DNA of 64,000 nucleotides from a phage: sequence record PZ583743.1; one strand, given 5' to 3'. Position numbers and translations under genes: made by a program. Under the pieces are notes generated by a model that saw nothing but the letters and a program-made list of their open reading frames with translations, did not search any database and was not told where the DNA came from. Numbering within the stretch: the first letter of the stretch is position 1; every line of letters starts with the position of its first letter. Positions 9,750 through 18,768 of the stretch are shown piece by piece.

Positions 9750-10013
9750 TTATTTTAATGTTTGCCAAATTTTTACTGCTTCGCGACGAGATACTTCTAC
9801 GGCGCCAAGTTCTATAGCTTTTTGGCGTCGCCGAGCGTGTAAGTCATAATGTTTAATGCGTTTATCTTGAAACCAAGAACGTTTCATTCCTATTGCTTCT
9901 GCCATTTCATGAAGCTCTTCAATATCTCCATCAGTGAACATATGACAATTTTTAGTTGGATGACCGCGAAGTTTCCATCCATGATTCATTAAAACATCTA
10001 CGTAAACTGTCAT
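9750..10013 (-). CDS. Hypothetical protein, 87 aa (HYDL...RR motif; possibly a DUF4031-like small domain)
   Basis: Track ORF; family assignment is from memory of the motif only. Confidence 0.5.
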   Translation of the reverse strand: MTVYVDVLMNHGWKLRGHPTKNCHMFTDGDIEELHEMAEAIGMKRSWFQDKRIKHYDLHARRRQKAIELGAVEVSRREAVKIWQTLK

Positions 10014-10159
10014 TGATTCTTCTCCAAATAAGTTTCGATAATTTTCTGAGCGAGATAAACTGCATTATCTTCAGTTGCATCTTCTAAGAAACTTTCAAAA
10101 CACTCTGAAATTTCTTCTGTGTCAATCAACTTTTTTACTTCAATTGGTGTAATTTTCAT
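10010..10159 (-). CDS. Small hypothetical protein (~49 aa)
   Basis: Track ORF 10010..10228 extends through an early promoter; first ATG downstream of the promoter is at 10157-10159 (MKITPIEVKK). Confidence 0.35.
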   Translation of the reverse strand: MKITPIEVKKLIDTEEISECFESFLEDATEDNAVYLAQKIIETYLEKNQ

Positions 10160-10196
10160 TTTGTTTTTCCGTTTAAGTGTTTGTTTTGATAGTTGT

Positions 10197-10226
10197 ATAG
10201 TACCATAAAGCTTTATGCTTGTAAAC
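10197..10226 (-). promoter_or_regulatory. Early-type promoter (GTTTAC, 18 nt, TACTAT)
   Basis: -35 at 10221-10226, -10 at 10197-10202. Confidence 0.5.
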
Positions 10227-10244
10227 AATTTTGTGAAAAATTTT

Positions 10245-10276
10245 TGAAATAAAAAAGGGAGCCCGAAGGCTCCCTA
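10245..10276 (-). terminator. Rho-independent terminator
   Basis: Hairpin GGGAGCC-CGAA-GGCTCCC followed by a T-run on the minus strand. Confidence 0.6.
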
Positions 10277-11290
10277 TCATTTATAATAACTTCGGTGGTT
10301 TTCAAGATAAACCCTCTCAAGGAAGTCATCCCAAAAACCCATGTCTACTTTTTGCTGCATACCGTTCTTAGAAGCTTCAGTAGATGCTGCTTCTACTTGA
10401 TCGACCACATCTTCCAAAAACTCTTGAACCGTTTTAAATGGATGTTTACCCAACTTCACGTCGAGAATAAATGGAGCATCTTGGAGTGGATAAACCAAGT
10501 CACCAGTTTTGTAAATTTCCAATAGTTGGAGTCCACCACGGCAAGCATGACTCAGAGCTTTCCAGTCAATACCTTCATTGGCTTCGGCCTTACGAGCACG
10601 TTCACCGTATTCAGCATCTAATTTGTTCAGTGACTGCTTAAGCTCAATAAGAGAAAGCGTTGTCTGATATTTACGACCCAACACTGTGTAGAACGTCTGT
10701 GGGCCTGTTTTCTCATGATTATGGAATACCCATTCGCAGAATTCGTTCTCTGGAAGACGATGCTTAATATCTTCAACTTTAGTACGACGTTGCTTAATGG
10801 AACCGTCTTCTTGATAATCAACCCACTGGTCAGGGATTTGATTAACTACTTTCAATACATCACGCAATGCAGCCAAACGAGAACCCTTAACACCATATTT
10901 AGAAGCTTGCTTGCGGACATATCCTAAATAGGATTTCATGTTAGTCGTATAAAAACGAGAACGATTGTCTTGAATAAACTTCCATACATCAGGCAAATCA
11001 GATTTAACCACTAGCTCAGGTGGAGTGTGAAGCATATCCAATGCTACAGTTTCACCATCTGCCGCTAATTTAAAGAAATATTTAAGACTGTATAGTTCAT
11101 GGTCAATATCATCTTTAGTGTTTTTAGATGATGTGTTGTTAGTGTTTTTACTCATATGCTCTTTAACATTTCCGATAAGAATATCACGAGCAAGAGGAAC
11201 AAAGATTTCTTTAAAATCTACATCAGATTCTGGAGTAGAAGTTCCATAAAGATGACTACCAAAATAGCTTTTCATTACTGTTTTCATCAT
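10277..11290 (-). CDS. Pol-beta-superfamily nucleotidyltransferase-like protein, 337 aa
   Basis: N-terminal FGSHLYGTSTPESDVDF fits the G[SG]-x(9-13)-D-x-D minimal nucleotidyltransferase signature; rest of protein unassigned. Confidence 0.6.
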   Translation of the reverse strand: MMKTVMKSYFGSHLYGTSTPESDVDFKEIFVPLARDILIGNVKEHMSKNTNNTSSKNTKDDIDHELYSLKYFFKLAADGETVALDMLHTPPELVVKSDLPDVWKFIQDNRSRFYTTNMKSYLGYVRKQASKYGVKGSRLAALRDVLKVVNQIPDQWVDYQEDGSIKQRRTKVEDIKHRLPENEFCEWVFHNHEKTGPQTFYTVLGRKYQTTLSLIELKQSLNKLDAEYGERARKAEANEGIDWKALSHACRGGLQLLEIYKTGDLVYPLQDAPFILDVKLGKHPFKTVQEFLEDVVDQVEAASTEASKNGMQQKVDMGFWDDFLERVYLENHRSYYK

Positions 11291-11760
11291 TCAGCCTTAT
11301 ATTCAATAACAGGACATACTTTAGCTTTACGGGCTTTTAAAAATTCGACGATAATAGATTTCTTGGGTTGAATAGGAGGTAAACCTTTATACGCCCTATC
11401 AATATTTTCTACATGTAAAGCATAATCCTTTTTCCATTTATAATCTTTATATTTTTCATGCAGTTGTGCAGGAATAACAAATGAACCAATAATAAGTAAA
11501 ACAAGCAAAATGGCAAGTATAAATGCTGATGGAATAAGAGTCCATAAACTACCAAAAATAAGCCATTTCTGCATGATTTCTGCGCAGATAATAGTTAGAC
11601 CTGCGAGTATAGTACATCCGAAAAAAGAAACGAAAAATGTAGGAATAACAATAGACCAAAAATATGCACACAGTGTCTTAGGTCGTTTCCATTCGTCGTT
11701 AAACATTTTAAATAATTTATAATGCCAAGAGTTTTCATTAATAACCATAATTATAATCAT
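11287..11760 (-). CDS. Hypothetical membrane protein, 157 aa
   Basis: Multiple hydrophobic segments in the translation. Confidence 0.5.
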   Translation of the reverse strand: MIIIMVINENSWHYKLFKMFNDEWKRPKTLCAYFWSIVIPTFFVSFFGCTILAGLTIICAEIMQKWLIFGSLWTLIPSAFILAILLVLLIIGSFVIPAQLHEKYKDYKWKKDYALHVENIDRAYKGLPPIQPKKSIIVEFLKARKAKVCPVIEYKAE

Positions 11761-12278
11761 CCTTTCATTGAAGGTGTAACGTATGTTAAATACTTAATCA
11801 TAGCCTCAGCTTCTGATTTTGACAATGAAATTTCTTCACCGTTTTGGCGAATAGAAACAAAATCTGGATGACGGTCACCGCTAGCCTTTAAAACACACAT
11901 GTAAGTATCAACTTCGCCTTCAATATTTGAAATGATTGAAGCAGTTCCACATGAATGTGGTTGTTGATAAACTAATACAGCTTTTCTTCCGCCGTTTGAC
12001 TGTTCATAAACTTTTAACACATCAAACAAATCACTTCTTTTATCAATAGCTAAGATGTTGTTTTCATCTTCAATGTTAAATCCTTCGGATACTTCATAAA
12101 GTGTCACCCATAAATCACCTATATCAATAGTAGCATTTTCCTTTCCATGACTTTCAAGAGCGTGACAAATTTTCTTGATTTCGTCATAACTCATTTTAAT
12201 AATATCATCTCCTTGAATAAGGAAGATGTCATTTTTAAATTCAACGCGAATTAAACCGCTTCCACTTGAAATAAACAT
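11757..12278 (-). CDS. Hypothetical protein, 173 aa (paralogue of the next gene)
   Basis: ATG at 12276-12278; shares GFNIE motif and C-terminal YLxxVxPxM tail with the 12285..12827 product. Confidence 0.55.
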   Translation of the reverse strand: MFISSGSGLIRVEFKNDIFLIQGDDIIKMSYDEIKKICHALESHGKENATIDIGDLWVTLYEVSEGFNIEDENNILAIDKRSDLFDVLKVYEQSNGGRKAVLVYQQPHSCGTASIISNIEGEVDTYMCVLKASGDRHPDFVSIRQNGEEISLSKSEAEAMIKYLTYVTPSMKG

Positions 12279-12284
12279 ATTTCC

Positions 12285-12827
12285 TCACTTTGAAACCATA
12301 GTTGGAATGACAGAATCAAGATAAGTCTTTAGCGCAATAGCTTCGTCTTTGGTAAATGTGACAATATGTGATCGAAAATCATCAATTTGACGAATAGTTA
12401 AGACATCTCCCTCTTCATAACATTTTGATACATTTAAAAGAGTTTCATCATTCTGATCGCACTGATCGCAAGCGTTAGTAATAATAGCATTGCAATTTTT
12501 GAGCCATTTTAAACTATGTTTTCTTTCATTAGAATAATAAAAATATTTAATCTTAGCTATAAAATTATCCCAATTATTAATTGATAAACATATTGACTCG
12601 CTTTCAATATTAAATCCTGGGCATAAAGAATAAAAATGAATTTTATGCTCATCATTAATGCTTACAATTTTATCAGTGTAAGGTTTTTCAATTTGGGTTA
12701 AATGAATAATTTCGCTAGGCGTAAAATATAGCATATCGTCTTCTTGCGTCAAACGATACATATTATTCACTTTTTCTATAGCCAATTCACCAAAAAGTGA
12801 ACTAACTTCTAGTACTAATCGTTTCAT
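12285..12827 (-). CDS. Hypothetical protein, ~180 aa (paralogue of the previous gene)
   Basis: Track start is GTG at 12849-12851; in-frame ATG at 12825-12827 (MKRLVLEV). Confidence 0.55.
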   Translation of the reverse strand: MKRLVLEVSSLFGELAIEKVNNMYRLTQEDDMLYFTPSEIIHLTQIEKPYTDKIVSINDEHKIHFYSLCPGFNIESESICLSINNWDNFIAKIKYFYYSNERKHSLKWLKNCNAIITNACDQCDQNDETLLNVSKCYEEGDVLTIRQIDDFRSHIVTFTKDEAIALKTYLDSVIPTMVSK

Positions 12828-12986
12828 ATTGATTCTCTTCGACTCACTCACAATTACATACTCCTTTGAATAATATCAATAATGTTGTTCACTAGATTAT
12901 AAGTAAACATTGGGTAATTATATTGAATCATCACATACACAACAAACAAAATTTTCATTCTCTTCTCCTTGGCAGTTGACAAGATT

Positions 12987-13016
12987 ACTATACCATAACC
13001 TTGCCAACTTGTAAAC
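12987..13016 (-). promoter_or_regulatory. Early-type promoter (GTTTAC, 18 nt, TATAGT)
   Basis: -35 at 13011-13016, -10 at 12987-12992. Confidence 0.45.
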
Positions 13017-13181
13017 CATTAAATGACGTTTTCAATAAAATTCTGAAGCTTTGTGTGAGCATCAACCATGATTTTCATTTCTTCCTTTGCGAAAGCTGTA
13101 CCTCTTTCACGAGAAGAATACTCATAGTCAGAAACTGCATTAGCGTATTCTTCAATTAGCTTCATTAAAAACATCTGCTTT

Positions 13182-13376
13182 TCAGTTTTCATTATTCCAC
13201 CTAATCATTTCAAGATATTGAACTAACTTAGCTTTGGATTTATCCAAATCCTTTTTAGCTGCTGCTATACCTTCGTATGAATATCCTTCACAATGCTCAA
13301 CTGCTAATTGATATGAATCTATTTCAACATCACGTGCTAATTTAATGATTTTTTCAAACTGTTCGTGTGTCAGCAT
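13182..13376 (-). CDS. Hypothetical protein, 64 aa
   Basis: Track ORF. Confidence 0.45.
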   Translation of the reverse strand: MLTHEQFEKIIKLARDVEIDSYQLAVEHCEGYSYEGIAAAKKDLDKSKAKLVQYLEMIRWNNEN

Positions 13377-13378
13377 AC

Positions 13379-13567
13379 TTAAACTCTCGTATTGTGATCG
13401 ATAATTTCATCAAGAAACATATCTAAAGCTTCTACAGCATTATCAACTTTAGCTTCAAATTCTTCAATACCTGATACTGATAAGGCAAAGTTAATGCGTT
13501 CCTCATCTGCTTTGCGAATTAAAGCTACCAATTCTTTAATTTTATCTGCTTGTTTGATACTAATCAT
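13379..13567 (-). CDS. Hypothetical protein, ~62 aa
   Basis: In-frame ATG at 13565-13567 (MISIKQADK) forms a TAATG overlap with the upstream stop. Confidence 0.45.
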   Translation of the reverse strand: MISIKQADKIKELVALIRKADEERINFALSVSGIEEFEAKVDNAVEALDMFLDEIIDHNTRV

Positions 13568-13755
13568 TATTCCACCACATATGAAAGAGAGAATATTGCA
13601 CACGCCATATGAGTTGCAGCTTCATCACACATATCATAACGTTTCTTAAGAAGTTCTTCAAGTTCTTCACTGGTAACTTCATCCATGTCGACGAAAAAAT
13701 CACCATTAATGATGACGTATATATTTCCTTCTTGATTAAGTGCTTCAATTTTCAT
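13567..13755 (-). CDS. Hypothetical acidic protein, ~62 aa
   Basis: ATG at 13753-13755 (MKIEALNQ) with GAGGAG upstream; the longer track ORF runs into the promoter. Confidence 0.45.
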   Translation of the reverse strand: MKIEALNQEGNIYVIINGDFFVDMDEVTSEELEELLKKRYDMCDEAATHMACAIFSLSYVVE

Positions 13756-13783
13756 GATGTTCTCCTCTTTATCCGATGGTTGT

Positions 13784-13813
13784 ATAGTATCACAGCTCAA
13801 ATAGAAAGTAAAC
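13784..13813 (-). promoter_or_regulatory. Early-type promoter (GTTTAC, 18 nt, TACTAT)
   Basis: -35 at 13808-13813, -10 at 13784-13789. Confidence 0.5.
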
Positions 13814-13823
13814 CGGTAAAATG

Positions 13824-13848
13824 AAAAAAGTCTCCCGAAGGAGACTAA
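13824..13848 (-). terminator. Rho-independent terminator
   Basis: Hairpin AGTCTCC-CGAA-GGAGACT followed by a T-run on the minus strand. Confidence 0.55.
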
Positions 13849-13850
13849 TG

Positions 13851-14237
13851 TTATTCGAGGGAAAGAAGATATTTACTTTGATAAAACATTCCAGTAATAT
13901 CATCTATCGTACTTTGAATGGCTGGAGGCATTTCTTTGTAAATGCTGTTAGATTGGTCTAGTATACGATCAATCATTTTAATTGTGTCGGTAGGAAGTTT
14001 ACTAGCATCTGGAATTGAAGGTGTGTATTTTCTACCAGAATACCCCAAATACTGCTCACCAAATTTATCAATCAAATCTGGCAACTCAGAGAAAATAAAA
14101 TCGTATGCCTTGTGTCTAGCATAACTTTTAGTTTCAAAATGCGCAGAATGAAAATAAGCTTGTGCAGCCATTAATAAACCTAAGTATTCATCTGCCTTTG
14201 AAGGTTTTCCACTTTGTGAAAAGTCGCTGAATTTCAT
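13851..14237 (-). CDS. Hypothetical protein, 128 aa (rI.-1 position)
   Basis: Immediately downstream of rI; synteny only. Confidence 0.6.
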   Translation of the reverse strand: MKFSDFSQSGKPSKADEYLGLLMAAQAYFHSAHFETKSYARHKAYDFIFSELPDLIDKFGEQYLGYSGRKYTPSIPDASKLPTDTIKMIDRILDQSNSIYKEMPPAIQSTIDDITGMFYQSKYLLSLE

Positions 14238-14527
14238 TCAGTCTCCAATTTAATGTTCATAATTCTAGCGTATGATTGTGCCATCTCCGCGCCTCGTTCT
14301 ATACATTCAAAATCGGAAGAGCACGGGTCATTTTTATAGGTCGTTCGCATAAAACTATAGAACTGTTCAGATGATTCTACGCTTTTATTTTCAAAAAGCA
14401 TATAAACATGTCTAATACCAGATTCCATAAATTTATCAAAATGAGGATCGACATTCGCTTCAATTGGTGGAGATAAAGCAAACGCTAATCCTAGCATGGC
14501 AAATAATGCCGTTGCTTTTAAGGCCAT
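14234..14527 (-). CDS. rI: Lysis-inhibition regulator RI
   Basis: 97 aa; MALKATALFAMLGLAFALSPPIEANVDPHFDKFMESGIRHVYMLFENK matches T4 RI as remembered, with N-terminal signal/anchor. Confidence 0.9.
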   Translation of the reverse strand: MALKATALFAMLGLAFALSPPIEANVDPHFDKFMESGIRHVYMLFENKSVESSEQFYSFMRTTYKNDPCSSDFECIERGAEMAQSYARIMNIKLETE

Positions 14528-14539
14528 AAAGGCCTCCTA

Positions 14540-14752
14540 TCATTTTTGTCCTGTATTTACTTTATGCCGATGCACGGCCTTAACTTTATCAAGGTATTTT
14601 TCAAAATTTCGCAATCTAGTATAGTCTGCCGGAGATTGGTTGAGTGATACTTCTCGACGCAAAGCTGAAATGATATTTCCAACTTCCCTACGAATTTCAT
14701 CTAATTGAAGAACAGTAAGATTGCGAAGTTGCTTTTCAGTTAATTGTAGCAT
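14540..14752 (-). CDS. Hypothetical protein, 70 aa (rI.1 position)
   Basis: Track ORF; late-type TATAAATA just upstream. Confidence 0.55.
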
Positions 14753-14776
14753 ATATACCCCTTTAGTTAGATAAAC

Positions 14777-14784
14777 CTATTTAT
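14777..14784 (-). promoter_or_regulatory. Late-promoter core TATAAATA
   Basis: Exact TATAAATA on the minus strand upstream of the rI.1/rI genes. Confidence 0.5.
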
Positions 14785-14794
14785 AACTTTTGCA

Positions 14795-15376
14795 CTAACC
14801 GAGCTTTTTAGTTAATTCATTCCAATGTTTTCTACACAAAGAAACATAAATTTCATCACCAATACAGATTTGATTACCTTCTTTAACTGGCGTTCCATCT
14901 TCCATTAATCGAGCTGTCATAATCGCTTTTTTACCGCAATGACAAACTGCCTTTAGTTCAATAAGTTTATCTGCAATCGCCAAAAGTTCTTTAGAACCTT
15001 CAAATAATTTTCCAGCGAAATCAGTCCTTAGACCATAAGCCATAACAGGAACATTATATGTATCGACAATTCGGCTTAATTGATGTACCTGTTCAGTTTT
15101 TAAAAACTGAGCTTCATCTACAAATACGCAATGAATATCTTTTTGTGCTTCAGCCCATTTATAGAACTCAAAAATATCCATATCATCTGTAATAATATTC
15201 GCTTCCTGCTTAATTCCAATGCGAGAAACGACTTCACAGACAGAATCGCGAGTATCAATAGCAGGCTTAAGAACTAATACACCCATTCCGCGTTCTTTAT
15301 AATTATGCGCAGCAGTCAAAAGAGAAGCAGATTTTCCAGCATTCATTGCTGCATAAGTAAAAATTAAACTCGCCAT
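14795..15376 (-). CDS. tk: Thymidine kinase
   Basis: 193 aa; P-loop AMNAGKS and overall match to T4 Tk as remembered; ATG at 15374-15376. Confidence 0.92.
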   Translation of the reverse strand: MASLIFTYAAMNAGKSASLLTAAHNYKERGMGVLVLKPAIDTRDSVCEVVSRIGIKQEANIITDDMDIFEFYKWAEAQKDIHCVFVDEAQFLKTEQVHQLSRIVDTYNVPVMAYGLRTDFAGKLFEGSKELLAIADKLIELKAVCHCGKKAIMTARLMEDGTPVKEGNQICIGDEIYVSLCRKHWNELTKKLG

Positions 15377-15385
15377 ATCACCTTC

Positions 15386-15571
15386 TTAAAGCGTATTCAC
15401 ATAAGCTATTAATTCGTTTTCTTTCTTATCAAACCGGTCAGCAAATTCTTCTTGCTGTTCGGGAGATAGCGGGCCGTATTCATCATAAAAGGTGTTTACT
15501 TCTGTATGCTCATCTAGAAGTTCATGGATAAGCTCAAACAATTTATCTTTTTGTTCTTTGCTCAGACTCAT
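15386..15571 (-). CDS. Hypothetical acidic protein, 61 aa (tk.1 position)
   Basis: Track ORF. Confidence 0.5.
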   Translation of the reverse strand: MSLSKEQKDKLFELIHELLDEHTEVNTFYDEYGPLSPEQQEEFADRFDKKENELIAYVNTL

Positions 15572-15737
15572 ATATCAATTTCCAGAAGTTTTAAAATAAT
15601 TCGTTTTTGCTTAAATATTTCCATAGTTAAATGATCAGTATCTTTTTGACCAATTCCAATGGCAAAACCTTTATTAACAGCGAGTTCAATTAAATTATCA
15701 AGTTCACGTAACACTTCATATTGTAACTCAAAACTAT

Positions 15738-15944
15738 TCATTTTGGTTTACCTTCTTTAACGAAATCAGGATAAGGATAAAATCCTGAATAAAATCCTTC
15801 GCCTTTATGATTGATGCATCCTTTATTAGAGCAATAGCACCAATAATCGAAATCACAAGCCATTTCATCATTGCATAAAGCAAAAACAACTGGCCATTTA
15901 CACTTTTCACAATGGGCATTTTTAAGAATACTAGTTTGGCTCAT
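15738..15944 (-). CDS. Cys-rich small protein (~68 aa)
   Basis: Multiple Cys/His; start chosen at the ATG overlapping the upstream stop. Confidence 0.45.
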   Translation of the reverse strand: MSQTSILKNAHCEKCKWPVVFALCNDEMACDFDYWCYCSNKGCINHKGEGFYSGFYPYPDFVKEGKPK

Positions 15945-16153
15945 AACCATGTAACCTTTAAGCAATATTCTTCTACATGTTGTTTATGACCTTTCTTATC
16001 AATAAAGGTATATTCAACGAATGTTCCAATATAGTCTTTATCTACATCATGTGGACTATTAATTGGGCATTTAGTACGGCAAATGCGTTCCCATTGTCGA
16101 ATAATTTCCGCTTTGTTTTTAGGATCAAACGGATGCGGGTAATGCACTTTCAT
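15941..16153 (-). CDS. Hypothetical protein, 70 aa
   Basis: Track ORF. Confidence 0.45.
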   Translation of the reverse strand: MKVHYPHPFDPKNKAEIIRQWERICRTKCPINSPHDVDKDYIGTFVEYTFIDKKGHKQHVEEYCLKVTWL

Positions 16154-16604
16154 AATCCACCACTATTAAATCAATATCAGGAGTAAACATGTCGATTAAT
16201 TTAGAAACCTTATCCCAATCGCCGCCAGCAATACCACAACCTATGCGTGGAATATAAATTACTGGTTTAAACAAAAGGGTCTCTGCCTGTAGATTTAATT
16301 CTATCATGCAGTTTACTAAAGCACCATAATCAAGATTAGGACCCGGTTCGTATTGTGTATACAGGTTATAGCATATACCAAATCCTGTAGGATTATGTTT
16401 AAAAACAATAGACATATCGCCTAATTTATCACGAGAACCGTACTCGGTAGTGGTTTTATCTATTTCTAAAATTTTAGGATAGGCCCTTGCTAATTGACCC
16501 GCTACACCTGAACCCATAGTATGAAAACAATTGCACCCGTGCGCAATAATATTACCTTGAAGAAATAGGGCGACAATATCGCCCTTGATATATTTTACAA
16601 TCAT
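16125..16604 (-). CDS. Macro-domain-like protein (putative ADP-ribose binding/hydrolase)
   Basis: 159 aa; KGDIVAL...NxxGxxxGSGVAGQLARAYP...IPRIGCGIAGGDWD resembles macro-domain signature motifs (by eye). Confidence 0.6.
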   Translation of the reverse strand: MIVKYIKGDIVALFLQGNIIAHGCNCFHTMGSGVAGQLARAYPKILEIDKTTTEYGSRDKLGDMSIVFKHNPTGFGICYNLYTQYEPGPNLDYGALVNCMIELNLQAETLLFKPVIYIPRIGCGIAGGDWDKVSKLIDMFTPDIDLIVVDYESALPASV

Positions 16605-16942
16605 CTAGTACTCAATCCTCGATTATAAGAATCTACCAAACGGTCAACCATTGAATGACAAGCGGCTTTATCTTTCTCCTCCGCAACTGAACATTCTAAG
16701 GTATTCCACTTTTTAGCATATCGTTTTAATAAAGTATCATTTTTGTATCTGCTTGATTTATCTCTTTCTCCGTCTTTATATGCATATATTAATTTCTGCG
16801 CAAATTCAGCTTGGCATGCTTTATTTTTCCCACAATAATCCGCGGCAGTACGGTTTACATACTCTCTAATTTCAGTGTATGATGTATTTGCTAACGCAGA
16901 AAATGAAATTAATCCTACACATAAAACCAAAATTTTAGTCAT
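16601..16942 (-). CDS. Secreted/periplasmic hypothetical protein, 113 aa
   Basis: N-terminal signal peptide MTKILVLCVGLISFSALA. Confidence 0.5.
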   Translation of the reverse strand: MTKILVLCVGLISFSALANTSYTEIREYVNRTAADYCGKNKACQAEFAQKLIYAYKDGERDKSSRYKNDTLLKRYAKKWNTLECSVAEEKDKAACHSMVDRLVDSYNRGLSTR

Positions 16943-17480
16943 TTACTATTTCCAACAGTTTATTATTTTTAAGGTAGTTAGCCTTTTCTAGGACTTCAGA
17001 AGCATATTTAGAACCTGCTTTAACATTCCATCCCGAATTATAAGAGGATATTGCCTTTCTTATATCGCCCTTATGTATATTTAACCAATAAGAAAGTTCA
17101 ATGTACGCCCAGGAAGCTGAATTGGACCGTTTATTCAACATTCTTTTTATTTCAGCATCGGTCATATTATAACCAAGTTCCTTAACTCTTGCTCGCATTG
17201 TCGGCAAATAATTTTGGAACATTCCATAGGCATGATGCTTTGGTTTAGATTTTAAATTAACTCCGGCAGAGCTTTCTTGCCATAAAATAGCAGCCATTAT
17301 ATGACCTAATCCGCTCTTGTGGATATTTTTATGTGTTTTATATTTTCCATCCTTGGAAAATTGTTCCCCGAATTGATACGCGTAACGCATGTTATCGAGT
17401 TGGACATTACTGAAAGTATGCTCGGAGCTATGTGCCATCATTGAAATGGCCAATAGACCAGCGAGTAGTGCTTTTCTCAT
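16935..17480 (-). CDS. Secreted lytic-transglycosylase-like protein
   Basis: 181 aa; signal peptide plus WQESS...AYGMFQ...YNSG motifs typical of SLT domains. Confidence 0.55.
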   Translation of the reverse strand: MRKALLAGLLAISMMAHSSEHTFSNVQLDNMRYAYQFGEQFSKDGKYKTHKNIHKSGLGHIMAAILWQESSAGVNLKSKPKHHAYGMFQNYLPTMRARVKELGYNMTDAEIKRMLNKRSNSASWAYIELSYWLNIHKGDIRKAISSYNSGWNVKAGSKYASEVLEKANYLKNNKLLEIVND

Positions 17481-17487
17481 GCTTACC

Positions 17488-17949
17488 TCATTGAGTTTTA
17501 ATTACTGCTTTAGAAGCCTTTCCTGGTAAACGACGACTATTGATAATTGCCATCCTGCACTGAAGTGACGGGTCTTTGAACTTCGCATTAGGTTTACAAA
17601 CTGTAAATCCAAGCCAAAGATTTCCATCTGTGATTTCTAAACGCCCAGGACGATATTCAACCCCATCAATAAAATCCTCATCAATGTCAGGGCGTGGAGG
17701 CATACTCAGGAATTCATTAACTTCTAAAACATGGTCTTTTATTTTATGGAATAATTCAAAAACATATGTCTCATCAATCTCCCGTTGAATTGCACGATCA
17801 AGAAGATGTTGAGAATATTTTAGATGAAACGATGAGACTCCTGCTGCTTTTGATGCCTCACGAATCTCATTGTTAATTTGACGAAACTCCGACTCAAAGT
17901 GACGACGGAGTTTATTTCGACGGATAAAAACTTCTGTGTTGATAGTCAT
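17488..17949 (-). CDS. regB: Endoribonuclease RegB
   Basis: 153 aa; MTINTEVFIRRNKLRRHFESEFRQINNEIREASK matches T4 RegB as remembered. Confidence 0.9.
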   Translation of the reverse strand: MTINTEVFIRRNKLRRHFESEFRQINNEIREASKAAGVSSFHLKYSQHLLDRAIQREIDETYVFELFHKIKDHVLEVNEFLSMPPRPDIDEDFIDGVEYRPGRLEITDGNLWLGFTVCKPNAKFKDPSLQCRMAIINSRRLPGKASKAVIKTQ

Positions 17950-17976
17950 GTTATTCTCCTCTTAACTGATAGAAAA

Positions 17977-18006
17977 ATTATACCACAGTCAAGAGAAAAA
18001 GTAAAC
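17977..18006 (-). promoter_or_regulatory. Early-type promoter (GTTTAC, 18 nt, TATAAT) for regB
   Basis: -35 at 18001-18006, -10 at 17977-17982. Confidence 0.55.
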
Positions 18007-18009
18007 AAG

Positions 18010-18288
18010 TTATTCTTTAAATCTAATCAATTTATTCATAGACTTTGAAACTTCTGCACGAACCTCATGTAGGTTTTTGAGCTGTTCAAGACGCTGCTCA
18101 TAGTAAGCAATTTCATCTTCTTCGAGACAGTCCTGTGAATCTTCTTTAAGATAACGTGCATAGTCCTGGAAAGCGTTACGAACTACTTCCTGGAAGTCAT
18201 CAAGACTTTGAATTTTCTTAGGAGCAACAGATACACGACGAGGGGCAGTATAATACTCATAACCAAACCCTGCGCTTAATTGAGCCAT
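18010..18288 (-). CDS. Hypothetical protein, ~92 aa (vs-region)
   Basis: Start at the ATG forming a TAATG overlap ([13 protein letters not shown]). Confidence 0.45.
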   Translation of the reverse strand: MAQLSAGFGYEYYTAPRRVSVAPKKIQSLDDFQEVVRNAFQDYARYLKEDSQDCLEEDEIAYYEQRLEQLKNLHEVRAEVSKSMNKLIRFKE

Positions 18289-18554
18289 TAATATTTTTCC
18301 TCTGGTTGGAACACAGCACGACAAGCCCACATACTGGCTTCTTTGAGTTTCGTTTTAGCAATAGTTAACTGATCGAGACTTTTAGCATAATTCTTCGCGA
18401 ATTCACAGTCTTCACAATTATCTAACGCTTCCCAAAATTCATCATATAAAGCATCAAAGATAAGTCCTAAACGAACTTCAGCGTCTTTGATAGCATTCAC
18501 TTTACTGATTTTATCGTCAGTATGTGGCTTATAACCTTTAATGTCTTCAATCAT
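18288..18554 (-). CDS. Hypothetical protein, 88 aa (vs-region)
   Basis: Track ORF. Confidence 0.45.
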   Translation of the reverse strand: MIEDIKGYKPHTDDKISKVNAIKDAEVRLGLIFDALYDEFWEALDNCEDCEFAKNYAKSLDQLTIAKTKLKEASMWACRAVFQPEEKY

Positions 18555-18768
18555 ATTTTACTTCCTCACCTGTTCCCAAATCATATTCAACTAAACAAAT
18601 AGGCTCATGAATGCCATATCCTTGAACAGAAATTTCTGTCGTAGGATAAATTCCATTAATATCACCCATGTTCCACGCTTCGTTAAATTGCTGTTCGCCT
18701 GAATTACTAAACCATTCGGCGAAAGCATTTAGCACATCTTCAGAACCTTCAATAATTATCTTTGCCAT
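18547..18768 (-). CDS. Hypothetical acidic protein, 73 aa (vs-region)
   Basis: ATG at 18766-18768 overlapping the upstream stop (TAATG). Confidence 0.45.
   Translation of the reverse strand: MAKIIIEGSEDVLNAFAEWFSNSGEQQFNEAWNMGDINGIYPTTEISVQGYGIHEPICLVEYDLGTGEEVKYD

Noticed and set aside
13560-13800. Track ORFs 13560..13748 and the long form 13567..13800
   Set aside because: The long form reads through an early promoter; the 13560..13748 frame is an alternative reading of the same DNA. I kept the 13567..13755 frame that starts after the promoter with a GAGGAG ribosome-binding site.
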